Below are positions 16,306-26,600 of a stretch of DNA of 64,000 bases, one piece after another. Within the stretch, counting starts at the first letter, position 1, and each line of letters starts with the position of its first letter. The DNA is taken from assembly GCA_038248895.1 (NCBI GenBank), contig JBBRWZ010000002.1, forward strand, positions 9,847 to 73,846. Direction: 5' to 3'. The DNA is from Candidatus Limnocylindria bacterium. Lineage in GTDB: Bacteria > Chloroflexota > Limnocylindria > QHBO01. The notes beneath the pieces are model-generated. The model saw only the letters and a program-made list of their open reading frames with translations. It had not been told where the DNA came from and ran no database searches. The position numbers were made by a program, and so were the translations under genes.

Positions 16306-17064
16306 TCAGACGACGGAGGCTTCGAGCGCCTCCAGCAGCTCGGCGGTGATGTCGAAGTTGGCGTAGACGTGCTGGACGTCGTCGAGGTCCTCGAGGCGCT
16401 CGACGAAGTTGAGAACCGCCCGGGCGGTCTTCTCGTCGGCGAGCTCGACCTTCGTCGTCGGCTCCATGCTGAGCTCGGCCGAGTCGGCCTCGTAGCCGGC
16501 GGCGGCGAGCGTGCTGCGCACCCGCTCGAGCGCGGTCGGATCGGTGTAGACGACGACGGCGCCCGCGTCAGGCGTGTCGACGTCGGCCGCCCCGGCGTCG
16601 ATGGCGGTGAGGCTCAGCTCGTCAGGATCGCGTCCGTCGAGCGGAATGCTGATCACGCCCCGGTGCTCGAACTGCCACGCCACCGGGGCCAGCGAGCCGC
16701 CGGCCTTGTTGAAGGCGCTGCGGATGTCCGACGCGGTGCGATTTCGGTTGTCGGTCATGGCCGCGACGATGATGGCGACATTGCTGGGGCCGATACCCTC
16801 GTACGTGATCTCCTCGTACTGCTCCGCGTCGGCACCGCTGCCGCCGGCACGCTCGATGGCACGCTTGATGTTGTCGGCGGGCATGGAATTGGTCTTCGCG
16901 GTGTCCACCGCCATGCGGAGCCGGTAGTTGGCGTCCACGTCGCCGCCGCCCTGGCGCGCAGCGGTGATGATCTCGCGGGTCAGCTTCGTGAACAGCGCGC
17001 CGCGCTTGGCGTCGTTCGCGCCCTTCTGTCGCTTGATCTGCGACCACTTGCTGTGGCCGGACAT
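16306..17064 (-). CDS. yebC: YebC/PmpR family DNA-binding transcriptional regulator
   Basis: 252 aa. Has the MSGHSKWSQIKRQKG N-terminus and conserved family blocks throughout. Confidence 0.95.
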   Translation of the reverse strand: MSGHSKWSQIKRQKGANDAKRGALFTKLTREIITAARQGGGDVDANYRLRMAVDTAKTNSMPADNIKRAIERAGGSGADAEQYEEITYEGIGPSNVAIIVAAMTDNRNRTASDIRSAFNKAGGSLAPVAWQFEHRGVISIPLDGRDPDELSLTAIDAGAADVDTPDAGAVVVYTDPTALERVRSTLAAAGYEADSAELSMEPTTKVELADEKTARAVLNFVERLEDLDDVQHVYANFDITAELLEALEASVV

Positions 17065-17181
17065 GAACCCTCCAGGTGCTGGTACGGAGCGGGAGCGTTC
17101 ATTCTAGCAACGGTCCCCGGATGCTCCCACCCGCGGCCGGGAACGTGCACGATAATGATCGTCCATCTCCGAGGAGCATCG

Positions 17182-19257
17182 ATGCCGCCGACCACCCCCG
17201 ACAAGATCAGGAACGTCGCCCTCATCTCCCACGGTGGCGCCGGCAAGACGAGTCTCGCCGAGGCGATGCTCTTCGATGCCGGCGCGATCGGCCGCCTGGG
17301 GAGCGTGGACGCCGGCACCGCCACGCTCGACCACGACCCGGATGAGCAGAAGCGGAAGCAGAGCATCAATCTCGCGGTCGCCTCGCTCGACCACCAGGGA
17401 ACGCGGATCACGATCATCGACGCGCCCGGCTACGCCGACTACGCGTCGGACGTCGTCCAGGCCTTGGCCGCCGTCGACGCGGCGATCGTGCTGGTGGACG
17501 CGAGCGCCGGCGTGGAGGTCGGCACCGAGGAGGTGTGGCGCATGGCTGACGAGCGCCACCTGCCGCGGTTCGTGTTCGTCAACAAGATGGACCGCGACAA
17601 CGCCAACTACGACGGCGTGCTCGAGCAGCTGAAGGCGAAGTTCGGCCCCAAGATTGCCCCGGTCTACCTCCCGATCGGCGCCGCCGACACGTTCCGCGGC
17701 TACGTTGATGTCATCGAGGAGCATGCCTCGATCTACGAGAACGGCATACCGAAGGAGGTCCCCATCCCGCCGGAGCTCGAGGGGATCGAGCACTCCCGGC
17801 GCGACGCGCTCGTCGAGGCCGCGGCCGAGGCGTCCGACGAGCTGATGGAGAAGTACCTCGAGGGGCAGCCATTCACCGACGCCGAGATCGAGGCGGCGCT
17901 GCACAAGGGGACGCGGGAGGGCAGCGTCGTGCCGGTCTTCGTCGGCAGCGCGCTGAAGAACATCGGCGTCCGCGAGCTGCTGAGCATGATCGTCAAGCAC
18001 ATCCCCTCGCCCGCCGAGCTCGGCGCGCGCGAGACCGCCGACGGTGGCCGCGTCGAGCCGGACCCGTCGGCACCGTTCGTGGCCCAGGTCTTCAAGACCG
18101 CCGCAGACCCCTTCGTGGGACGGCTCACCTATCTCCGTGTCTATGCCGGAACGCTCTCCGGCCAGGGCCACCTGTGGAACGTGAACCGCAAGACGGACGA
18201 GCGCTTCGGCAACCTGCTCGGCCTGCTCGGCAAGGACCAGGAGACGCTCCCCGCCATCGGTCCGGGCGCCATCGCCGCCCTCGCCAAGCTGACGAGCACG
18301 CACACCGGCGACACGCTCGTCGGGGACAAGGCGCAGACGACGCAGATGCCGCCACTCGTCTTTCCCAACCCCACGCTCCAGGTCGCCGTCGAACCGGAGT
18401 CGAAGGCGGACCTGGACAAGCTCGGCCAGGCCCTGCACCGCCTCGAGGAGGAGGAGCCGGCGATCAGGATTCACCGTGAGGAGGGCACCGGCGAGACGAT
18501 CCTGACCGCCATGGGCGACTCCCAGGTGGACGTCATCGTCGACCGTCTCAAGCGCAAGTTCGGCGCATCGGTCCGTACCGCAACCCCGCGGGTCCCCTAT
18601 CGCGAGACGATCCGCAGCTCCGCGCGGATCGACAACAAGTTCAAGCGCCAGACCGGTGGCCACGGCCAGTATGGCCACGTGGTGGTCGAGTTCGAGTCGG
18701 CCGAGATGGGGACCGGCTTCGACTTCGGAAACCGCATCGTCGGTGGTGTCGTCCCGCGCCAGTACATCCCCGCGGTCGAGAAGGGCCTCGCCGAGGCGAT
18801 GGCCGAGGGCGTGCTCGCGGGCTATCCGGTCGTGGACCTCAAGGCGACCCTCGTCGACGGCTCGTACCATCCCGTCGACAGCTCCGAGATGGCCTTCAAG
18901 ATCGCCGCCTCACAGGCGCTCAAGCGCGCCTTCGAGCAGGCGGACCCGGTGCTCCTCGAGCCGGTCCTCGAGGTCGAGGTCATCGTCCCCGACGAGTACA
19001 TGGGGGACGTCATGGGGCAGCTCACCGCAAAGCGTGGTCACGTGCTGGGGATGGACTCGGATGGCGGTCTGCAGCATCTCCGCGCCCACGTGCCGCAGGC
19101 CGAGATGTTCCATTACGCCACCGAGCTGCGCAGCATCACCCAGGGACGCGGCCGCTTCACGTGGCGCGTCGACCACTATGCCGAGGTGCCGCACCAGATC
19201 GCGGAGAAGGTCATCGCCGAGCACGCGGGATCCGACGGGACGAGCGACCGGCACTGA
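17182..19257 (+). CDS. Elongation factor G paralogue (EF-G2-like translational GTPase), not in an str operon
   Basis: ATG 17182 is preceded by GAGGAG (17171-17176). G motifs are AHGGAGKTS-like (ISHGGAGKTS), DAPGYADY and NKMD. Domains II-V are recognisable. The tracked ORF from 16369 is a spurious antisense extension over yebC. Confidence 0.9.
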   Translation: MPPTTPDKIRNVALISHGGAGKTSLAEAMLFDAGAIGRLGSVDAGTATLDHDPDEQKRKQSINLAVASLDHQGTRITIIDAPGYADYASDVVQALAAVDAAIVLVDASAGVEVGTEEVWRMADERHLPRFVFVNKMDRDNANYDGVLEQLKAKFGPKIAPVYLPIGAADTFRGYVDVIEEHASIYENGIPKEVPIPPELEGIEHSRRDALVEAAAEASDELMEKYLEGQPFTDAEIEAALHKGTREGSVVPVFVGSALKNIGVRELLSMIVKHIPSPAELGARETADGGRVEPDPSAPFVAQVFKTAADPFVGRLTYLRVYAGTLSGQGHLWNVNRKTDERFGNLLGLLGKDQETLPAIGPGAIAALAKLTSTHTGDTLVGDKAQTTQMPPLVFPNPTLQVAVEPESKADLDKLGQALHRLEEEEPAIRIHREEGTGETILTAMGDSQVDVIVDRLKRKFGASVRTATPRVPYRETIRSSARIDNKFKRQTGGHGQYGHVVVEFESAEMGTGFDFGNRIVGGVVPRQYIPAVEKGLAEAMAEGVLAGYPVVDLKATLVDGSYHPVDSSEMAFKIAASQALKRAFEQADPVLLEPVLEVEVIVPDEYMGDVMGQLTAKRGHVLGMDSDGGLQHLRAHVPQAEMFHYATELRSITQGRGRFTWRVDHYAEVPHQIAEKVIAEHAGSDGTSDRH

Positions 19258-19448
19258 CCCGGCGACCCATCACCGGTTCGGCGCCCGACGACGTGGTGTA
19301 GCGGCCTTCCGCTGATGGACCAGCGCCGGCGGAGCGTGGCGCACGCCGCTGCGGTCACGTCACGCAACCCCATCGCCGACGCATCGGCGATACGGCGCGC
19401 GGCAACCGGCCCATGCGCATTTCCGACCGTCCGTCAGCGGCACCGACC

Positions 19449-20723
19449 TCAGCCGGCGTCGACCGCGGCGAGAGCGCGCTTCCCGCGACGCAGGATGAGC
19501 CAGCGGCCGTGGAGCAGCCGCGCGGCGTCGGGCGCTGCCTCTCCGTCCGTCACGCGCTCGTTGTTGACGTACGCGCCGCCATCCGCCACGGTCCGGCGCG
19601 CCTGCCCGCGGCTCGGCGCCAGCGCAGTCGCCACGAGGAGATCGATCACCGACGGCAGCGGGGCCGATACCGAAGTGCGCGGCAGGTCGGCCACCGCCGC
19701 CTCGAGCGTCCCCGCGTCGATGCTCGTGAGGTCGCCGCTGCCGAACAGCGCCTCGCTGGCCGCGATGGCCGCCTCCGCAGCCGCGTCACCGTGGACGAGC
19801 GCCGTCAGCTCGGTGGCGAGCACGCGCTGCGCCACGCGTCGCTCCGGCGCCGCGGCGATGCCACGTTCGAGATCCTCGATCTCGGCGCGCGGTCGAAAGC
19901 TGAAGGCCCGCAGCAGCGGGCCGACGTCGGCATCGGCCTGGTTGAGGAAGTACTGGTAGAACGCGTACGGCGACGTCATCTCGGGGTCGAGCCAGAGCGT
20001 CGACCCGGCGGTCTTGCCGTACTTCGTCCCGTCGGCCTTGGTGATGAGCGGCGTGGCGAGCGCATGCGCCTCGGCACCCTCCACGCGCCGAATGAGGTCG
20101 ACGCCGGCGGTGAGGTTGCCCCACTGGTCTGAGCCGCCGGTCTGGAGGACGCAGCCGTGGCGCCGGTAGAGCTCGAGGAAGTCGTTGGCCTGCAGGATCT
20201 GGTACGTGAACTCGGTGAAGCTGATCCCCGCCTCCAGCCGCGTCGCGACCACCTCCTTGGCGATCATGCGGCTCACGGTGAAGTGCTTGCCGATGTCGCG
20301 CAGGAAGACGAGCACCGGCATCGGTCCGGTCCAGTCGAGGTTGTTGGCCAGCACGGCGGAGTTGTCCCCGTCGAAGCGCAGCACGCCCGCCACCTGGGCG
20401 CGAATCCGATCCACCCAGCCGTGCACGACGGCCTCGTCGTTGAGCGCCCGCTCCTCGGACTTGCCGGACGGATCGCCGACGAGCCCCGTCGCGCCGCCCA
20501 CCAGGCCGATCACACGGTGGCCGGCATCCTGGAAGCGCCGCAGCAGAACCAGCTGGACGAGGTTGCCGAACTGCAGCGAGGGAGCCGTCGGATCGAAGCC
20601 GCAGTAGAGGGTGACCGGCCCGGCATCGATCCGCGCGCGGAGCGCATCGAGATCGGTGGCATCGGCCACCATCCCGCGCCATGCGAGATCGTCAAGAAGA
20701 TGCGAGCGCGGTGCGGGGTCCAT
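19449..20723 (-). CDS. tyrS: Tyrosyl-tRNA synthetase (atypical HIGH motif)
   Basis: 424 aa. Carries [15 protein letters not shown] at the HIGH position, a KMSKS equivalent (KYGKT), and a C-terminal S4-like domain. Confidence 0.92.
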   Translation of the reverse strand: MDPAPRSHLLDDLAWRGMVADATDLDALRARIDAGPVTLYCGFDPTAPSLQFGNLVQLVLLRRFQDAGHRVIGLVGGATGLVGDPSGKSEERALNDEAVVHGWVDRIRAQVAGVLRFDGDNSAVLANNLDWTGPMPVLVFLRDIGKHFTVSRMIAKEVVATRLEAGISFTEFTYQILQANDFLELYRRHGCVLQTGGSDQWGNLTAGVDLIRRVEGAEAHALATPLITKADGTKYGKTAGSTLWLDPEMTSPYAFYQYFLNQADADVGPLLRAFSFRPRAEIEDLERGIAAAPERRVAQRVLATELTALVHGDAAAEAAIAASEALFGSGDLTSIDAGTLEAAVADLPRTSVSAPLPSVIDLLVATALAPSRGQARRTVADGGAYVNNERVTDGEAAPDAARLLHGRWLILRRGKRALAAVDAG

Positions 20724-20769
20724 GGGCGCAGCGAGTATACGGCGACGACCGTGCTACCCTTCCGCCCGC

Positions 20770-23571
20770 ATGTCCCGTCGCCCGCCTCCCGGCACCCGAT
20801 CCGCGCGCGGCCCGGCGCCGCGCGGCCCCCGTCCGGCGGTGCGACGCCCGGTGCGGCATGGCATCGCTCTCCTTCCGGCCATCGTCATGTCTGTCTTCGG
20901 GATCCTCGCGGTGGCGCTCTTCGCCGGCGGGATGATGGTCTACGCGCGCTACACCGCCGACCTGCCGAACGTGGCCGAGCTCGAGAACTTCGATCTGGCG
21001 CAGGGATCCACGGTCGTCTCCGCCGACGGCGTGGAGCTGGCGACGTTCGCCATCGAGGACCGTCGCAACCTGGCCTTCGACGAGATCCCCGAGATCCTGC
21101 GCGACGCGCAGGTGGCTGCCGAGGATCGAACGTTCTGGACCAACCCGTGCGTCGACTTCCGCGGCATCGTCCGCGCCTTCGTGCAGAACGTCACCAGCGG
21201 CAGCACGGTGTCGGGCGCGTCGACGATCTGCCAGCAGCTGGTCCGTGCCCGCCTCTTCGACGCCGAGCTCATGGCGGACCCGAGTCGCGAGGTGGAGCGC
21301 AAGGTCAAGGAGGCGGTGCTCGCGCTCCGCGTCGCCGACGCCTACCCGGGCCAGGCGGGCAAGGAGCAGATCCTCACCATGTACCTCAACCAGTTCTACT
21401 ACGGCAACAATGCCTACGGCGTCTGGGCGGCGGCCCACGCCTACTTCGCCAAGGACATCACGATCGACGACGAGGCGAATCGCCTCTCCGTGAGCGAGGC
21501 GGCGCTGCTGGCCGGCCTGGTGCGCTCGCCATCGCGGCTCGACCCGACGAAGGAGGCGGTGGAGCAGCCCGGCCCGAATGGCAGCAGCATCCTGGTCGTC
21601 CCAGATGACGCGCAGGCGATCAAGGTGCGCGGCTTCGTGCTCGACAACATGCTCGCCTCCGGCTACATCACGCAGGCGGAGCACGATGCGGCACAGGCGG
21701 AGCAGGTCGTGCTGGCTCCGCCCGCGGACGATCGGTTCAAGGCACCCCACTTCGTCTACGCCGTTCGCCGCGCCGCCGCCGACCTGCTCGGCGGCGAGCA
21801 GCCGCTCGACTCGGAGGGGCTGAAGATCGTCACCACGCTCGACTATGACGGGTACCAGGTGCCGGCCCAGAAATGGGCCATGGTGGCGTACGACATGGAC
21901 CGGCTCAGCAACGAGGAGCTGGCCGCGAAGTACGGCGAGGCCGCCCTGAGCTGGATCGGCCAGCTCCAGGGCCGCAACATCAACAACGCCGCCCTGGTGA
22001 GCCTCAACTACCGCACCGGGGCGGTGATCGCCTACGTCGGCAGCGCGAACTACTACGGCGAGGCGACGCCTGAGCACCAGCCGAATTTCGACGTCGTGGG
22101 GCAGGCGTATCGCCAGTCCGGCTCCGCCTTCAAGCCGATCACCTACGCCACCGGCTTCGAGCGCGGCGTCCTGACGCCGTCGACGATGCTCATGGACGTG
22201 CAGACCGAGATCGTCCCGGGCACCGGCTTCGCGCCGCCCAATGCCGATGAGCGTCAGCGTGGCCCGGTGCGTGTGCGGGACGCCCTCAAATACTCGATGA
22301 ACATCCCCATCGCCAAGGCGCAGCAGCTGATCGGTACCGAGAACGTGGTGGCACAGGCTGAACGCCTGGGGCTCAACTGGGACCCGCAGCAGGATCCGAA
22401 CGTCCCGTCGCTGACGCTCGGCACGATCGGCGTCCATCAGCTCGACCTCGCCGGCGCGTACGGCGCCATTGCCAACGGCGGCATCTACCGTGCGCCCTAC
22501 CTCATCGAGCGGATCGAGGACAGCAGCGGCAACGTCATCTACGACCATGCCACCGATGCGCCGGACCCGCAGCAGGTCCTCTCGCCGCAGTCCGCCTACC
22601 TCGTCACCGACATCCTGGCCGACAACACCGATCCGGCGAACAACGCGATCTGGGGCGAGCGGTTCCAGCTTCCCGGCCCGGACGGGACGCGGCGGCCGGC
22701 AACGCTGAAGACGGGCACCACCAACGACTTCAAGGACCTCCAGGCCTTTGGCTACCTTGCCGCCGACGCGGATCAGTCGCTACCCGACGGGGCCGTTGTC
22801 ACCGGTATGTGGGTCGGCAACAGTGACTTCTCCGCCATCAAGGATGTCTTCGCCGCCGATGGGCCGACCTACATCTGGCACGACTACATGGCCGAGGTGG
22901 CGGAGCTGAACCAGCTGCCGGTGCGGGACTTCCCTCGTCCGGACGGCATCGTCGAGGCCGATGTCGACGCGATCAGCGGCCAGCTTCCCGGCGACCACAC
23001 CGTGAGCACGGTGCACGAGGTCTACGCCAGCGGCAACGTGCCGACGCAGCAGGACCCGCTGCATCGCGAGCTGCGAACCGAGGCGGAGACGGGCAAGATC
23101 TGGCAGGACGGCTGCGGCGACTTCGCGACGCTTCCGCCGTCCGGCTCGCCCGATCCGAGCGCCTCGCCGCCGCCGCCGCAGGCGGAGGAGAAGGTCTACC
23201 TCGACCTCTCCAACGTCGAGGACGCGCAGGAGACGTGGGCCGCGTCCAACGACGCGTGGATCGAGCGCTACCGCGGCAACGAGAGCTCGATCGATCGCAG
23301 CCCGCTCGGCCGCCTCGATGCGCCGCTCGCGCCGTCCGAGACCTGCACGCCGGGCGAGGTGCCGACCTCGACCCCGTCGCCCACGCCGAGCCCCACGCCG
23401 AGCCCGACACCGACCGCATCGCCCACACCGACGCCGGCGCCCGTCACACCGCCCCCCGCCACGCCGCTCCCAACGCCCGCCACCCCGACGCCGCTGCCTC
23501 CGCCGCCGACCCCGACACCGAGCCCCACGCCGAGCCCCACGCCGAGCCCCACGCCGGCGCCGCTCACCTGA
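20770..23571 (+). CDS. Class A penicillin-binding protein (bifunctional glycosyltransferase/transpeptidase) with Pro/Thr/Ser-rich C-terminal tail
   Basis: Start ATG 20770 gives a basic tail plus a TM helix. GT51 motifs are EDRTFWTN and GASTICQQL. Transpeptidase motifs are SGSAFKP (SxxK), YSMN (SxN) and KTGTT. Confidence 0.9.
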   Translation: MSRRPPPGTRSARGPAPRGPRPAVRRPVRHGIALLPAIVMSVFGILAVALFAGGMMVYARYTADLPNVAELENFDLAQGSTVVSADGVELATFAIEDRRNLAFDEIPEILRDAQVAAEDRTFWTNPCVDFRGIVRAFVQNVTSGSTVSGASTICQQLVRARLFDAELMADPSREVERKVKEAVLALRVADAYPGQAGKEQILTMYLNQFYYGNNAYGVWAAAHAYFAKDITIDDEANRLSVSEAALLAGLVRSPSRLDPTKEAVEQPGPNGSSILVVPDDAQAIKVRGFVLDNMLASGYITQAEHDAAQAEQVVLAPPADDRFKAPHFVYAVRRAAADLLGGEQPLDSEGLKIVTTLDYDGYQVPAQKWAMVAYDMDRLSNEELAAKYGEAALSWIGQLQGRNINNAALVSLNYRTGAVIAYVGSANYYGEATPEHQPNFDVVGQAYRQSGSAFKPITYATGFERGVLTPSTMLMDVQTEIVPGTGFAPPNADERQRGPVRVRDALKYSMNIPIAKAQQLIGTENVVAQAERLGLNWDPQQDPNVPSLTLGTIGVHQLDLAGAYGAIANGGIYRAPYLIERIEDSSGNVIYDHATDAPDPQQVLSPQSAYLVTDILADNTDPANNAIWGERFQLPGPDGTRRPATLKTGTTNDFKDLQAFGYLAADADQSLPDGAVVTGMWVGNSDFSAIKDVFAADGPTYIWHDYMAEVAELNQLPVRDFPRPDGIVEADVDAISGQLPGDHTVSTVHEVYASGNVPTQQDPLHRELRTEAETGKIWQDGCGDFATLPPSGSPDPSASPPPPQAEEKVYLDLSNVEDAQETWAASNDAWIERYRGNESSIDRSPLGRLDAPLAPSETCTPGEVPTSTPSPTPSPTPSPTPTASPTPTPAPVTPPPATPLPTPATPTPLPPPPTPTPSPTPSPTPSPTPAPLT
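23361..23568 (+). repeat. Low-complexity Pro/Thr/Ser-coding tract, including three perfect tandem copies of AGCCCCACGCCG (23521-23556)
   Basis: Read directly from the sequence. It encodes ...[24 protein letters not shown]...[21 protein letters not shown] at the C-terminus of the PBP. Confidence 0.9.
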
Positions 23572-23575
23572 TCGC

Positions 23576-26005
23576 TCAGAGCTCGGCGACGGTGGTCCCG
23601 TCGCCGCCCTCCTCGCGGCGCCCGGTCCGGCTGCCACGAACGCGGGGATGCTCCGCCAACCGGTCGCGGATGGCTCGCCGCAGCGCGCCGGTTCCGGCGC
23701 CATGGATGATGCGAACCTCGTCGAGACCGGCCAGCAGCACCTCGTCGAGATAGCTGTCCAGCTGCTCGAGGGCAGCCTCGACGCGCTCACCGCGCAGATC
23801 GAGCTGCGGCGAAATCCGTTCCGCCGCGCGTCGGCGCAGCTCGTCGGCCGCGAGATCGCGGGGCGCGGGTCCGCCCACCGGCTCGTCGACGACCTCGACG
23901 TCGTCGGACGGCACGACGATGCGCATCCCCTCCGTCTCGAGGGTGACGCGCCCGGTCCGCCCGCTGATCTCGGCAACGCGGCCGACGCTACCGAGCGTCC
24001 GGCTGCGACCCCAGAGGCCGACCCGCGGCTGCGTGGCTCCGCCGGGCTCCGCGGTGGGTTCCACGGCCATTCCGCTGTCCGCAGCCGCGGCGGCGGTCGC
24101 GCTCCTGGCTCGCTCGGTGCGGCGGGCCAGGTCGTCGAGCGCCGTTCCCGCGCCGCCGCGCGGTCGACCGCGGCCGAGGTTGCGCTGGCGCGTCACTTCG
24201 CGTCGGATGTCGGCAACCTCGCGCTCGGCGTGGGCGAGCATCTCATCGGCACTGCGCCGAGCTTCGGCGAGCATCGCCGTTGCTTCGGCGCGAGCACGGG
24301 TGACGCCGGTCCGGGCGCGGTCGCGCTCCGTTTGCGCCGCCGCCTCGGCGCCACGCGCGCGTTCCAGCGCCTCGGTGCGTGCCGCCTCGGCCTCCTCGAT
24401 GCGCGCCAGCGTCGCCTCCATGCTCGCCGCCTCGGCCGAGATCCTTGACCGGGCGTCGTCAAGAATCGCGGACGGCAGGCCCAGCCGCTCAGCGATCGCG
24501 AACGCCTGGCTCTTCCCGGGCAGCCCGATCGTCAGTCGGTACGTGGGGCGCAGCGTGCGGACGTCGAACTCGACGGCGGCATTCGTGACGCCCGGATGTG
24601 TTTCGGCGAACGACTTGAGCTCGGCGTAGTGGGTCGTGGCGACCACCCAGGCGCCACGGTCGAGCAGGTGGGCGACCACCGCCATCGCCAACCCCGATCC
24701 CTCGGCCGGGTCTGTGCCGGCACCCACCTCATCGAGGAGGACCAGCGAGCCGGCGTCGGCGGCATCGACGAAGCGGACGACGTTGCGGAGGTGGCTGGAG
24801 AAGGTGGAGAGTGACTGGGCGATGCTCTGCTCGTCGCCGATGTCGGCCATCACCCGGCCGAAGACCGGCAGCCGCGCACCGGCCGCCGCGGGTACGCGCA
24901 GGCCCGCCTGGTGCATGAGCGACAGCAGGCCCAGCGTCTTCAGGCTCACGGTCTTGCCGCCGGTGTTCGGACCGGTCACGACGATCGCCCGGTAGCCGAA
25001 ACGGTCGCCGAGGCGGACGTCGATCGGCACCGCCGCGTCGCCGAGGAGTGGGTGTCGCGCCGACAGCAGCTCCGCCGCGTCGGTGGCCGGATCAGGTCGG
25101 ACGGCATCCTGCTGGCGCGCCAACCGCGCGCGGGCCATCCACAGGTCGGCGCGGGCCAATGCGTCCAGCGCATCGCCGATCGCCGCCGCTTGCCCCTCCA
25201 CCGCACGCGACAATTCGTCAAGGACGCGCTCCACCTCACGCTCCTCGTCGAGCAGAGCCTGGGTCCACGTGTTGTTGAGCTCGACCACGCCGATCGGCTC
25301 GATGAACAGCGTCGCGCCGGAGGCGCTCTGGTCATGGACGATCCCCTTTACGCGGCCCTTCGCCTCGGCGCGGATGGGGATGACATACCGATTGGCGCGC
25401 ACCGTGACGATCGGCTCGCCCACGAGACCCTGCAGCTCGGTCGAGCGCAGCATCGCGTTCAGCCGCTCGCGGACCCGGCCCTGCGCGGTCCGCAGCCGGC
25501 GGCGGATGGCTCCCAGCTCGGCCGAGGCCCCGTCGAGCACGGCACCGCCGTCGTCAACGCTGCGTTCGATTCGCTCGCGGAGCACGGGGATGTCGCGCAG
25601 CGCGGCGGCCAGCTCGACGAGGTGCCGTCCACGCCAGCCGGCGAGGCGACCCCCCAGCGCCCCCGCCGCCCGCAGCGTCTCGGCGACGTCGAGCAGCTCA
25701 CCGGTCGTGAGACGACCCCCGCGCCGGGCACGCCCGAGCGGCCCGCGGACGTCGCGGGCGCCGCCGATGCTCGCCTGCGCCTGCTCTTCGATGAGGCGCA
25801 CCGCCTCATCCGTCTGCTCCTGCAGCAGCGCGACATGGGCAGCGTCCGCCAGCGGCAGCGTCTCGGCGGCCAGCTCCTGCGATGGCGCGAACGAGGTCAG
25901 GGCAGCCAACTGCTCGACGATGGCATCGAACTCGAGCGCGCGCCGGGTCGCCGCGGCAGCGGCCGCGCCCGGCTCGATCTCAGCGGGAGACGTGGGGGTC
26001 GCCAT
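23576..26005 (-). CDS. mutS2: Endonuclease MutS2 (MutS domain + C-terminal Smr domain)
   Basis: Start ATG 26005 (MATPTSPAEIE...). Walker A is GPNTGGKTV. The C-terminus has an Smr domain (LDLRGERVEAAL...IIHGAGTGALR). The tracked extension to 26203 overlaps mpg and is rejected. Confidence 0.92.
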   Translation of the reverse strand: MATPTSPAEIEPGAAAAAATRRALEFDAIVEQLAALTSFAPSQELAAETLPLADAAHVALLQEQTDEAVRLIEEQAQASIGGARDVRGPLGRARRGGRLTTGELLDVAETLRAAGALGGRLAGWRGRHLVELAAALRDIPVLRERIERSVDDGGAVLDGASAELGAIRRRLRTAQGRVRERLNAMLRSTELQGLVGEPIVTVRANRYVIPIRAEAKGRVKGIVHDQSASGATLFIEPIGVVELNNTWTQALLDEEREVERVLDELSRAVEGQAAAIGDALDALARADLWMARARLARQQDAVRPDPATDAAELLSARHPLLGDAAVPIDVRLGDRFGYRAIVVTGPNTGGKTVSLKTLGLLSLMHQAGLRVPAAAGARLPVFGRVMADIGDEQSIAQSLSTFSSHLRNVVRFVDAADAGSLVLLDEVGAGTDPAEGSGLAMAVVAHLLDRGAWVVATTHYAELKSFAETHPGVTNAAVEFDVRTLRPTYRLTIGLPGKSQAFAIAERLGLPSAILDDARSRISAEAASMEATLARIEEAEAARTEALERARGAEAAAQTERDRARTGVTRARAEATAMLAEARRSADEMLAHAEREVADIRREVTRQRNLGRGRPRGGAGTALDDLARRTERARSATAAAAADSGMAVEPTAEPGGATQPRVGLWGRSRTLGSVGRVAEISGRTGRVTLETEGMRIVVPSDDVEVVDEPVGGPAPRDLAADELRRRAAERISPQLDLRGERVEAALEQLDSYLDEVLLAGLDEVRIIHGAGTGALRRAIRDRLAEHPRVRGSRTGRREEGGDGTTVAEL

Positions 26006-26600
26006 CGATCCACATCCGATACGGGCGAGCAGCCCAATCCCCGGCGTAGGCGACACCGATGCGCGGGCCGGTCCGGATCGGTCCGGTCGGCTCCGCGGCC
26101 GGCTCGATCCCGACCGGGGATGCGAGGAGATCGAGACCGTCGTGCTGCTGATCGAGACCGAACGCGCGGCCGAGGTTGCCCGGACCGGCCGCGAGCCGGA
26201 CATCTGCGACCGCGTCGCCGCGCCGGCGCCGTGCCAGCTCGACGCCGTCGTCGACGCTGGCCGCGCGCAACAGGACTGCCTCCGGCTTCGTGCCGGGTCC
26301 GGTGACGACGTTCGCGCACCAGTGGATCCCGTACACCAGGTAGACGTAGAGGTGGCCGGGCGGGCCGAACATCACCCCGTTCCTCGTCGTGCGGCCGCGG
26401 GAGGAGTGTGCGGCTGCGTCCTCCGGACCCTCGTACGCCTCCACTTCCACGATCGTCCCCGCCACGCGCCCCTCGGGCGTCTCGTGGACGAGGCGAGCGC
26501 CGAGGAGGGCATGCGCCACATGGAGCGCCGGCCGGTCGAACCAGGCACGATCGTCGACGTGCGCGCTCCGCAGCGGAGGCGCACTGCCGCCGGCGATCAC
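25980..26600 (-). CDS. mpg: DNA-3-methyladenine glycosylase (Mpg/AAG family)
   Basis: Carries family blocks VEVEAYEGPEDAAAHS, GPPGHLYVYLVYGIHWCANVV and GPGNLGRAFG. Start GTG 26600 forms a GTGA overlap with the cvpA stop. The 3' end overlaps the mutS2 start by 26 nt. Confidence 0.88.
   Translation of the reverse strand: MIAGGSAPPLRSAHVDDRAWFDRPALHVAHALLGARLVHETPEGRVAGTIVEVEAYEGPEDAAAHSSRGRTTRNGVMFGPPGHLYVYLVYGIHWCANVVTGPGTKPEAVLLRAASVDDGVELARRRRGDAVADVRLAAGPGNLGRAFGLDQQHDGLDLLASPVGIEPAAEPTGPIRTGPRIGVAYAGDWAARPYRMWIDGDPHVSR

Noticed and set aside
16369-17181. N-terminal extensions of tracked ORFs: EF-G from 16369, PBP from 20611, MutS2 to 26203, Mpg to 26735, PP2C fusion from 59901, Mo-enzyme to 44855, BcsA-like to 41622.
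   Set aside because: The extensions overlap neighbouring genes or have junk-like composition. Conserved N-termini and SD motifs support the internal starts given in the feature table.
19258-19448. The 191-nt convergent spacer between the EF-G paralogue and tyrS, considered as a possible sRNA or small gene.
   Set aside because: It contains only short hairpins (for example ATCGCCGA-CGCA-TCGGCGAT at 19381-19400). There is no promoter-like element, no SD-led ORF and no tRNA-like sequence. The evidence is insufficient.
23361-23568. Tandem repeats considered as a CRISPR-like or minisatellite locus.
   Set aside because: The repeats are 12 nt, in frame and without spacers. They encode a PT-rich protein tail inside the PBP gene.
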